Shown piece after piece: positions 39,901 through 51,689 of a stretch of 64,000 bases of DNA (its first letter is position 1; every line of letters begins with the position of its first letter). This stretch comes from the human T2T-CHM13v2.0 reference genome, Homo sapiens. The notes under the pieces were generated by a model that did no database searches, was not told the origin of the DNA, and worked only from the letters and a program-made list of their open reading frames with translations. The position numbers and the translations under genes were made by a program. The stretch is taken from the NCBI RefSeq assembly GCF_009914755.1, contig NC_060943.1, one strand, 5' to 3'.

Positions 39901-42900
39901 CCTTTACACAGAGCAGACTTGAAACACTCTTTTTGTGGAATTTGCAAGTGGAGATTTCAGCCGCTTTGAGTTCAATGGTAGAATAGGAAATATCTTCCTA
40001 TAGAAACTAGACAGAATGATTCTCAGAAACTCCTTTGTGATGTGTGCGTTCAACTCACAGAGTTCAACCTTTGTTTTCATAGAGCAGTTGGGAAAAACTC
40101 TGTTTGTAAAGTCTGCAACTGGATATTCAGACTTCTTTGAGGCCTTCGTTGTAAGCGGGGTTTCTTCATATTCTGCTAGACAGAAGAATTCTCAGTAACT
40201 TCCTTGTGTTGTGTGTATTCAACTCACAGAGTTGAACGATCCTTTACACAGAGCAGACTTGAAACACTCTTTTTGTGGAATTTGCAAGTGGAGATTTCAG
40301 CCGCTTTGAGGTCAATGGTAGAATAGGAAATATCTTCCTATAGAAACTAGACAGAATGATTCTCAGAAACTCCTTTGTGATGTGTGCGTTCAACTCACAG
40401 AGTTTAACCTTTCTTTTCATAGAGCAGTTAGGAAACACTCTGTTTGTAAAGTCTGCAAGTGGATATTCAGACATCTTTGAGGCTTTCGTTGGAAACGGGA
40501 TTTCTTCATATTCTGCTAGACAGAAGAATTCTCAGTAACTTCCTTCTGTTGTGTGTATTCAACTCACAGAGTTGAACGATCCTTTACACAGAGCAGACTT
40601 GAAACACTCTTTTTGTGGAATTTGCAAGTGGAGATTTCAGCCGCTTTGAGGTCAATGGTAGAATAGGAAATATCTTCCTATAGAAACTAGACAGAATGAT
40701 TCTCAGAAACTCCTTTGTGATGTGTGCGTTCAACTCACAGAGTTTAACCTTTCTTTTCATAGAGCAGTTAGGAAACACTCTGTTTGTAAAGTCTGCAAGT
40801 GGATATTCAGACATCCTTGAGGCTTTCGTTGGAAACGGGATTTCTTCATATTCTGCTAGAAAGAAGAATTCTCAGTAACTTCCTTGTGTTGTGTGTATTC
40901 AACTCACAGAGTTGAATGATCCTTTACACAGAACAGTCTTGAAACACTCTTTTTGTGGAATTTGCTAGTGGAGATTTCAGCCGCTTTGATGTCAATGGTA
41001 GAATAGGAAATATCTTCCTATAGAAACTAGACAGAATGATTCTCAGAAACTCCTTTGTAATGTGTGCGTTCAACTCACAGAGTTTAACCTTTCTTTTCAT
41101 AGAGCAGTTAGGAAACACTCTGTTTGTAAAGTCTGCAAGTGGATATTCAGACATCTTTGAGGCTTTCGTTGGAAACGGGATTTCTTCATATTCTGCAAGA
41201 CAGAAGAATTCTCAGAAACTTCGTTGTGTTGTGTGTTTTCAACTCACAGAGTTCAAAGATCCTTTACACAGAGTAGACTTGAAACACTCTTTTTGTGGAA
41301 TTGGCAGGGTGGAGATTTCAGCCGCTTTGAGGTCAATGGTAGAAAAGGAAATATCTTCGTATAAAAACTAGACAGAGTGATTCTCAGAAACTCCTTTGTG
41401 ATGTCTGCGTTTAACTCACAGAGTTTAACCTTTCTTTTCATAGAGCAGATAGGAAACACTCTGTTTGTAAAGTCTGCAAGTGGATATTCAGACCTCCTTG
41501 AGGCCTTCGTTGGAAACGGGATTTCTTCATATTATGCTAGACAGAAGAATTCTCAGTAACTTCCTTGTGTTGTGTGTATTCAACTCACAGAGTTGAACGA
41601 TCCTTTACACAGAGCAGACTTGAAACACTCTTTTTGTGGAATTTGCAAGTGGAGATTTCAGCCGCTTTGAGGTCAATGGTAGAATAGGAAATATCTTCCT
41701 ATAGAAACTAGACAGAATGATTCTCAGAAACTCCTTTGTGATGTGTGCGTTCAACTCACAGAGTTTAACCTTTCTTTTCATAGAGCAGTTAGGAAACACT
41801 CTGTTTGTAAAGTCTGCAAGTGGATACTCAGACCTCCTTGAGGCCTTCGTTGGAAACGGGATTTCTTCATATTATGCTAGACAGAAGAATTCTCAGAAAC
41901 TTCCTTGTGTTGTGTGTATTCAACTCACAGAGTTGAACGATCCTTTACACAGAGCAGACTTGAAACACTCTTTTTGTGGAATTTGCAAGTGGAGATTTCA
42001 GCCGCTTTGAGTTCAATGGTAGAATAGGAAATATCTTCCTATAGAAACTAGACAGAATGATTCTCAGAAACTCCTTTGTGATGTGTGCGTTCAACTCACA
42101 GAGTTCAACCTTTCTTTTCATAGAGCAGTTGGGAAAAACTCTGTTTGTAAAGTCTGCAAGTGGATATTCAGACTTCTTTGAGGCCTTCGTTGGAAGCGGG
42201 GTTTCTTCATATTCTCCTAGACAGAAGAATTCTCAGTAACTTCCTTGTGTTGTGTGTATTCAACTCACAGAGTTGAACGATCCTTTACACAGAGCAGACT
42301 TGAAACACTCTTTTTGTGGAATTTGCAAGTGGAGATTTCAGCCGCTTTGAGGTCAATGGTAGAATAGGAAATATCTTCCTATGGAAACTAGACAGAATGA
42401 TTCTCAGAAACTCCTTTGTGATGTGTGCGTTCAACTCACAGAGTTTAACCTTTCTTTTCATAGAGCAGTTAGGAAACACTCTGTTTGTAAAGTCTGCAAG
42501 TGGATATTCAGACATCCTTGAGGCTTTCGTTGGAAACGGGATTTCTTCATATTCTGCTAGAAAGAAGAATTCTCAGTAACTTCCTTGTGTTGTGTGTATT
42601 CAACTCACAGAGTTGAACGATCCTTTACACAGAGCAGACTTGAAACACTCTTTTTGTGGAATTTGCAAGTGGAGATATCAGCCGCTTTGAGGTCAATGGT
42701 AGAATAGGAAATATCTTCCTATAGAAACTAGACAGAATGATTCTCAGAAACTCCTTTGTGATGTGTGCGTTCAACTCACAGAGTTTAACCTTTCTTTTCA
42801 TAGAGCAATTAGGAAACACTCTGTTTGTAAAGTCTGCAAGTGGATATTCAGTCATCTTTGAGGCCTTCGTTGGAAACGGGATTTCTTCATGTTCTGCTAG

Positions 42901-44776
42901 ACAGAAGAATTCTCAGAAACTTCCTTGTGTTGAGTGTTTTCAACTCACAGAGTTGAACGATGCTTTACACAGAGTAGACTTGAAACACTCTTTTTGTGTA
43001 ATTTGCAAGTGGAGATTTCAGCCGCTTTGAGGTCAATGGTAGAAAAGGAAATATCTTCGTATAAAAACTAGACAGAATGATTCTCAGAAACTCCTTTGTG
43101 ATGTGTGCGTTCAACTCACAGAGTTTAACCTTTCTTTTCATAGAGCAGTTAGGAAACACTCTGTTTGTAAAGTCTGCAAGTGGATATACAGACCTCTTTG
43201 AGGCCTTCGTTGGAAACGGGATTTCTTCATATTCTGCTAGAGAGAAGAATTCTCAGTAACTTCATTGTGTTGTGTGTATTCAACTCACAGATTTCAACGA
43301 TCCTTTACACAGAGCAGACTTGAAACACTCTTTTTCTGGAATTTGCAAGTGGAGATTTCAGCCGCTTTGAGGTCAATGGTAGAATAGGAAATATCTTCCT
43401 ATAGAAACTAGACAGAATGATTCTCAGAAACTCCTTTGTGATGTGTGCGTTCAACTCACAGAGTTTAACCTTTCTTTTCATAGAGCAGTTAGGAAACACT
43501 CTGTTTGTAAAGTCTGCAAGTGGATATTCAGACCTCCTTGAGGCCTTCGTTGGAAACGGGATTTCTACATATTATGCTAGACAGAAGAATTCTCAGTAAC
43601 TTCCTTGTGTTGTGTGTATTCAACTCACAGAGTTGAACGATCCTTTACACAGAGCAGACTTGAAACACTCTTTTTGTGGAATTTGCAAGTGGAGATTTCA
43701 GCCTCTTTGAGGTCAATGGTAGAATAGGAAATATCTTCCTATAGAAACTAGACAGAATGATTCTGAGAAACTCCTTTGTGATGTGTGCATTCAACTCACA
43801 GAGTTTAACCTTTCTTTTCATAGAGCAGTTAGGAAACACTCTGCTTGTAAAGTCTGCAAGTGGATACTCAGACCTCCTTGAGGCCTTCGTTGGAAACGGG
43901 ATTTCTTCCTATTATGCTAGACAGAAGAATTCTCAGTAACTTCCTTGTGTTGTGTGTATTCAACTCACAGAGTTGAATGATCCTTTACACAGAGCAGACT
44001 TGAAACACTCTTTTTGTGGAATTTGCAAGCGGAGATTTCAGCCGCTTTGAGTTCAATGGTAGAATAGGAAATATCTTCTTATAGAAACTAGACAGAATGA
44101 TTCTCAGAAACTCCTTTCTGATGTGTGCGTTCAACTCACAGAGTTCAACCTTTCTTTTCATAGAGCAGTTGGGAAACACTCTGTTTGTAAAGTCTGCAAG
44201 TGGATATTCAGACTTCTTTGAGGCCTTCGTTGGAAGCGGGATTTCTTCATATTCTGCTTCACAGAAGAATTCTCAGTAACTTCCTTGTGTTGTGTGTATT
44301 CAACTCACAGAGTTGAACGATCCTTTACACAGAGCAGACTTGAAACACTCTTTTTGTGGAATTTGCAAGTGGAGATTTCAGCCGCTTTGAGGTCAATGGT
44401 AGAATAGGAAATATCTTCCTATAGAAACTAGACAGAATGATTCTCAGAAACTCCTTTGTGATGTGTGCGTTCAACTCACAGAGTTTAACCTTTCTTTTCA
44501 TAGAGCAGTTAGGAAACACTCTGTTTGTAAAGTCTGCAAGTGGATATTCAGACCTCCTTGAGGCTTTCGTTGGAAACGGGATTTCTTCATATTCTGCTAG
44601 AAAGAAGAATTCTCAGTAACTTCCTTGTGTTGTGTGTATTCAACTCACAGAGTTGAATGATCCTTTACACAGAACAGTCTTGAAACACTCTTTTTGTGGA
44701 ATTTGCAAGTGGAGATTTCAGCCGCTTTGAGGTCAATGGTAGAATAGGAAATACCTTCCTATAGAAACTAGACAGA
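36954..44776 (+). repeat. One complete cycle of a cryptic 23-dimer (46-monomer, 7823 bp) higher-order unit
   Basis: 23 distinguishable dimer types run from 36954 until the starting type (preceded by AACAGTC/AATACC) returns at 44777; 44777-36954 = 23x340+3. The same order, with in-register skips, is followed at 1-14.3, 17.2-22.9, 30.9-36.9 and 45.5-51.6 kb. Confidence 0.7.
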
Positions 44777-45500
44777 ATGATTCTCAGAAACTCCTTTGTG
44801 ATGTGTGCGTTCAACTCACAGAGTTTAACCTTTCTTTTCATAGAGCAGTTAGGAAACACTCTGTTTGTAAAGTCTGCAAGTGGATATTCAGACATCTTTG
44901 AGGCTTTCGTTGGAAACGGGATTTCTTCATATTATGCTAGACAGAAGAATTCTCAGAAACTTCCTTGTGTTGTGTGTATTCAACTCACAGAGTTGAACGA
45001 TCCTTTACACAGAGCAGACTTGAAACACTCTTTTTGTGGAATTTGCAAGTGGAGATTTCAGCCGCTTTGAGTTCAATGGTAGAATAGGAAATATCTTCCT
45101 ATAGAAACTAGACAGAATGATTCTCAGAAACTCCTTTGTGATGTGTGCGTTCAACTCACAGAGTTCAACCTTTCTTTTCATAGAGCAGTTGGGAAAAACT
45201 CTGTTTGTAAAGTCTGCAAGTGGATATTCAGACTTATTTGAGGCCTTCGTTGGAAGCGGGGTTTCTTCATATTCTCCTAGACGGAAGAATTCTCAGTAAC
45301 TTCCTTGTGTTGTGTGTATTCAACTCACAGAGTTGAACGATCCTTTACACAGAGCAGACTTGAAACACTCTTTTTGTGGAATTTGCAAGTGGAGATTTCA
45401 GCCGCTTTGAGGTCAATGGTAGAATAGGAAATATCTTCCTATGGAAACTAGACAGAATGATTCTCAGAAACTCCTTTGTGATGTGTGCGTTCAACTCACA
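40356..45500 (+). repeat. Near-identical copy of about 5660-10800 (offset 34696)
   Basis: 6340/41036 (TTCAAAGAT), 6681/41377 (GCAGATAGG), 8041/42737, 9741/44437, chimeric 10081/44777, 10421/45117. Confidence 0.88.
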
Positions 45501-46259
45501 GAGTTTAACCTTTCTTTTCATAGAGCAGTTAGGAAACACTCTGTTTGTAAAGTCTGCAAGTGGATACTCAGACCTCCTTGAGGCCTTCGTTGGAAACGGG
45601 ATTTCTTCATATTATGCTAGACAGAAGAATTCTCAGAAACTTCCTTGTGTTGTGTGTATTCAACTCACAGAGTTGAACGATCCTTTACACAGAGCAGACT
45701 TGAAACACTCTTTTTGTGGAATTTGCAAGTGGAGATATCAGCCGCTTTGAGGTCAATGGTAGAATAGGAAATATCTTCCTATAGAAACTAGACAGAATGA
45801 TTCTCAGAAACTCCTTTGTGATGTGTGCGTTCAACTCACAGAGTTTAACCTTTCTTCTCATAGAGCAGTTAGGAAACACTCTGTTTGTAAAGTCTGCAAG
45901 TGGATATTCAGACATCTTTGAGGCCTTCGTTGGAAACGGGATTTCTTCATGTTCTGCTAGACAGAAGAATTCTCAGAAACTTCCTTGTGTTGAGTGTTTT
46001 CAACTCACAGAGTTGAACGATGCTTTACACAGAGTAGACTTGAAACACTCTTTTTGTGTAATTTGCAAGTGGAGATTTCAGCCGCTTTGAGGTCAATGGT
46101 AGAAAAGGAAATATCTTCGTATAAAAACTAGACAGAATGATTCTCAGAAACTCCTTTGTGATGTGTGCGTTCAACTCACAGAGTTTCACCTTTCTTTTCA
46201 TAGAGCAGTTAGGAAACACTCTGTTTGTAAAGTCTGCAAGTGGATATACAGACCTCTTT

Positions 46260-49200
46260 GAGGCCTTCGTTGGAAACGGGATTTCTTCATATTCTGCTAG
46301 AGAGAAGAATTCTCAGTAACTTCATTGTGTTGTGTGTATTCAACTCACAGATTTCAACGATCCTTTACACAGAGCAGACTTGAAACACTCTTTTTCTGGA
46401 ATTTGCAAGTGGAGATTTCAGCCGCTTTGAGGTCAATGGTAGAATAGGAAATATCTTCCTATAGAAACTAGACAGAATGATTCTCAGAAACTCCTTTGTG
46501 ATGTGTGCATTCAAATCACAGAGTTTAACCTTTCTTTTCATAGAGCAGTTAGGAAACACTCTGTTTGTAAAGTCTGCAAGTGGATATTCAGACCTCCTTG
46601 AGGCCTTCGTTGGAAACGGGATTTCTACATATTATGCTAGACAGAAGAATTCTCAGTAACTTCCTTGTGTTGTGTGTATTCAACTCACAGAGTTGAACGA
46701 TCCTTTACACAGAGCAGACTTGAAACACTCTTTTTGTGGAATTTGCAAGTGGAGATTTCAGCCTCTTTGAGGTCAATGGTAGAATAGGAAATATCTTCCT
46801 ATAGAAACTAGGCAGAATGATTCTGAGAAACTCCTTTGTGATGTGTGCATTCAACTCACAGAGTTTAACCTTTCTTTTCATAGAGCAGTTAGGAAACACT
46901 CTGCTTGTAAAGTCTGCAAGTGGATACTCAGACCTCCTTGAGGCCTTCGTTGGAAACGGGATTTCTTCCTATTATGCTAGACAGAAGAATTCTCAGTAAC
47001 TTCCTTGTGTTGTGTGTATTCAACTCACAGAGTTGAATGATCCTTTACACAGAGCAGACTTGAAACACTCTTTTTGTGGAATTTGCAAGCGGAGATTTCA
47101 GCCGCTTTGAGTTCAATGGTAGAATAGGAAATATCTTCTTATAGAAACTAGACAGAATGATTCTCAGAAACTCCTTTGTGATGTGTGCGTTCAACTCACA
47201 GAGTTCAACCTTTCTGTTCATAGAGCAGTTGGGAAACACTCTGTTTGTAAAGTCTGCAAGTGGATATTCAGACTTCTTTGAGGCCTTCGTTGGAAGCGGG
47301 ATTTCTTCATATTCTGCTTGACAGAAGAATTCTCAGTAACTTCCTTGTGTTGTGTGTATTCAACTCACAGAGTTGAACGATCCTTTACACAGAGCAGACT
47401 TGAAACACTCTTTTTGTGGAATTTGCAAGTGGAGATTTCAGCCGCTTTGAGGTCAATGGTAGAATAGGAAATATCTTCCTATAGAAACTAGACAGAATGA
47501 TTCTCAGAAACTCCTTTGTGATGTGTGCGTTCAACTCACAGAGTTTAACCTTTCTTTTCATAGAGCAGTTAGGAAACACTCTGTTTGTAAAGTCTGCAAG
47601 TGGATATTCAGACATCCTTGAGGCTTTCGTTGGAAACGGGATTTCTTCATATTCTGCTAGAAAGAAGAATTCTCAGTAACTTCCTTGTGTTGTGTGTATT
47701 CAACTCACAGAGTTGAATGATCCTTTACACAGAACAGTCTTGAAACACTCTTTTTGTGGAATTTGCAAGTGGAGATTTCAGCCGCTTTGAGGTCAATGGT
47801 AGAATAGGAAATACCTTCCTATAGAAACTAGACAGAATGATTCTCAGAAACTCCTTTGTGATGTGTGCGTTCAACTCACAGAGTTTAACCTTTCTTTTCA
47901 TAGAGCAGTTAGGAAACACTCTGTTTGTAAAGTCTGCAAGTGGATATTCAGACATCTTTGAGGCTTTCGTTGGAAACGGGATTTCTTCATATTCTGCTAG
48001 ACAGAAGAATTCTCAGAAACTTCGTTGTGTTGTGTGTTTTCAACTCACAGAGTTCAACGATCCTTTACACAGAGTAGATTTGAAACACTCTTTTTGTGGA
48101 ATTGGCAGGGTGGAGATTTCAGCCGCTTTGAGGTCAACGGTAGAAAAGGAAATATCTTCGTATAAAAACTAGACAGAGTGATTCTCAGAAACTCCTTTGG
48201 GATGTCTGCGTTCAACTCACAGAGTTTAACCTTTCTTTTCATAGAGCAGTTAGGAAACACTCTGTTTGTAAAGTCTGCAAGTGGATATTCAGACCTCCTT
48301 GAGGCCTTCGTTGGAAACGGGATTTCTTCATATTCTGCTATACAGAAGAATTCTCAGAAACTTCCTTGTGTTGTGTGTATTCAACTCACAGAGTTGAACG
48401 ATCGTTTACACACAGCAGACTTGAGACACTCTTTTTGTGGAAATTGTAAGTGGAGATTTCAGCCGCTTTGAGGTCAATGGTAGAAAAGGAAATATCTTCA
48501 TATAAAAACTAGACAGAATGATTCTCAGAAACTCCTTTGTGATGTGTGCGTTCAACTCACAGAGTTTAACCTTTCTTTTCATAGAGCAGTTAGGAAACAC
48601 TCTGTTTGTAAAGTCTGCAAGTGGATATTCAGACCTCTTTGAGGCCTTCGTTGGAAACGGGATTTCTTCATATTATGCTAGACAGAAGAATTCTCAGTAA
48701 CTTCCTTGTGTTGTGTGTATTCAACTCACAGAGTTGAACGATCCTTTACACAGAGCAGACTTGAAACACTCTTTTTGTGGAATTTGCAAGTGGAGATTTC
48801 AGCCGCTTTGAGGTCAATGGTAGAAAAGGAGACATCTTCGTATAAAAACTAGACAGAATGATTCTCAGAAACTCCTTTGTGATGTGTGCGTTCAACTCAC
48901 AGAGTTTAACCTTTCTTTTCATAGAGCAGTTAGGAAACACTCTGTTTGTAAAGTCTGCAAGTGGATATTCAGACCTCCTTGAGGCCTTCGTTGGAAACGG
49001 GATTTCTTCATATTATGCTAGACACAAGAATTCTCAGTAACTTCCTTGTGTTGTGTGTATTCAACTCACAGAGTTGAACGATCCTTTACACAGAGCAGAC
49101 TTGAAACACTCTTTTTGTGGAATTTGCAAGTGGAGATTTCAGCCGCTTTGAGTTCAATGGTAGAATAGGAAATATCTTCCTATAGAAACTAGACAGAATG

Positions 49201-51600
49201 ATTCTCAGAAACTCCTTTGTGATGTGTGCGTTCAACTCACAGAGTTTAACCTTTCTTTTCATAGAGCAGTTAGGAAACACTCTGTTTGTAAAGTCTGCAA
49301 GTGGATATTCAGACATCTTTGAGGCTTTCGTTGGAAACGGGATTTCTTCATATTCTGCTAGACAGAAGAATTCTCAGTAACTTCCTTGTGTTGTGTGTAT
49401 TCAACTCACAGAGTTGAACGATCCTTTACACAGAGCAGACTTGAAACACTCTTTTTGTGGAATTTGCAAGTGGAGATTTCAGCCGCTTTGTGGTCAATGG
49501 TAGAATAGGAAATATCTTCCTATAGAAACTAGACAGAATGATTCTCAGAAACTCCTTTGTGATGTGTGCGTTCAACTCACAGAGTTTAACCTTTCTTTTC
49601 ATAGAGCAGTTAGGAAACACTCTGTTTGTAAAGTCTGCAAGTGGATATTCAGACATCTTTGAGGCTTTCGTTGGAAACGGGATTTCTTCATATTCTGCTA
49701 GACAGAAGAATTCTCAGTAACTTCCTTCTGTTGTGTGTATTCAACTCACAGAGTTGAACGATCCTTTACACAGAGCAGACTTGAAACACTCTTTTTGTGG
49801 AATTTGCAAGTGGAGATTTCAGCCGCTTTGAGGTCAATGGTAGAATAGGAAATATCTTCCTATAGAAACTAGACAGAATGATTCTCAGAAACTCCTTTGT
49901 GATGTGTGCGTTCAACTCACAGAGTTTAACCTTTCTTTTCATAGAGCAGTTAGGAAACACTCTGTTTGTAAAGTCTGCAAGTGGATATTCAGACATCCTT
50001 GAGGCTTTCGTTGGAAACGGGATTTCTTCATATTCTGCTAGAAAGAACAATTCTCAGTAACTTCCTTGTGTTGTGTGTATTCAACTCACAGAGTTGAATG
50101 ATCCTTTACACAGAACAGTCTTGAAACACTCTTTTTGTGGAATTTGCTAGTGGAGATTTCAGCCGCTTTGATGTCAATGGTAGAATAGGAAATATCTTCC
50201 TATAGAAACTAGACAGAATGATTCTCAGAAACTCCTTTGTGATGTGTGCGTTCAACTCACAGAGTTTAACCTTTCTTTTCATAGAGCAGTTAGGAAACAC
50301 TCTGTTTGTAAAGTCTGCAAGTGGATATTCAGACATCTTTGAGGCTTTCGTTGGAAACGGGATTTCTTCATATTCTGCAAGACAGAAGAATTCTCAGAAA
50401 CTTCGTTGTGTTGTGTGTTTTCAACTCACAGAGTTCAAAGATCCTTTACACAGAGTAGACTTGAAACACTCTTTTTGTGGAATTGGCAGGGTGGAGATTT
50501 CAGCCGCTTTGAGGTCAATGGTAGAAAAGGAAATATCTTCGTATAAAAACTAGACAGAGTGATTCTCAGAAACTCCTTTGGGATGTCTGCGTTTAACTCA
50601 CAGAGTTTAACCTTTCTTTTCATAGAGCAGATAGGAAACACTCTGTTTGTAAAGTCTGCAAGTGGATATTCAGACCTCCTTGAGGCCTTCGTTGGAAACG
50701 GGATTTCTTCATATTATGCTAGACAGAAGAATTCTCAGTAACTTCCTTGTGTTGTGTGTATTCAACTCACAGAGTTGAACGATCCTTTACACAGAGCAGA
50801 CTTGAAACACTCTTTTTGTGGAATTTGCAAGTGGAGATTTCAGCCGCTTTGAGGTCAATGGTAGAATAGGAAATATCTTCCTATAGAAACTAGACAGAAT
50901 GATTCTCAGAAACTCCTTTGTGATGTGTGCGTTCAACTCACAGAGTTTAACCTTTCTTTTCATAGAGCAGTTAGGAAACACTCTGTTTGTAAAGTCTGCA
51001 AGTGGATACTCAGACCTCCTTGAGGCCTTCGTTGGAAACGGGATTTCTTCATATTATGCTAGACAGAAGAATTCTCAGAAACTTCCTTGTGTTGTGTGTA
51101 TTCAACTCACAGAGTTGAACGATCCTTTACACAGAGCAGACTTGAAACACTCTTTTTGTGGAATTTGCAAGTGGAGATTTCAGCCGCTTTGAGTTCAATG
51201 GTAGAATAGGAAATATCTTCCTATAGAAACTAGACAGAATGATTCTCAGAAACTCCTTTGTGATGTGTGCGTTCAACTCACAGAGTTCAACCTTTCTTTT
51301 CATAGAGCAGTTGGGAAAAACTCTGTTTGTAAAGTCTGCAAGTGGATATTCAGACTTCTTTGAGGCCTTCGTTGGAAGCGGGGTTTCTTCATATTCTCCT
51401 AGACAGAAGAATTCTCAGTAACTTCCTTGTGTTGTGTGTATTCAACTCACAGAGTTGAACGATCCTTTACACAGAGCAGACTTGAAACACTCTTTTTGTG
51501 GAATTTGCAAGTGGAGATTTCAGCCGCTTTGAGGTCAATGGTAGAATAGGAAATATCTTCCTATGGAAACTAGACAGAATGATTCTCAGAAACTCCTTTG
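46260..51600 (+). repeat. Near-identical copy of about 1-7720 lacking one 2381-bp repeat (offsets 46259 then 43878)
   Basis: 218/46477 (GCATTCAAATC), 558/46817, 898/47157 (TTCTGTTC), 1919/48178 (GGAAATTGT), 5660/49538 (TTGTGGTC), 6681/50559, 7361/51239. Confidence 0.9.
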
Positions 51601-51689
51601 TGATGTGTGCGTTCAACTCACAGAGTTTAACCTTTCTTTTCATAGAGCAGTTAGGAAACACTCTGTTTGTAAAGTCTGCAAGTGGATAT

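Noticed and set aside
40144-40160. CTTCGTTGTAAGCGGGG as a dead CENP-B box
   Set aside because: The changes fall at non-core positions; TTCG, A10 and CGGG are intact.
50048-50053. Loss of the periodic EcoRI site
   Set aside because: It is a single private G>C substitution; it would yield one 680-bp fragment but has no evident significance.
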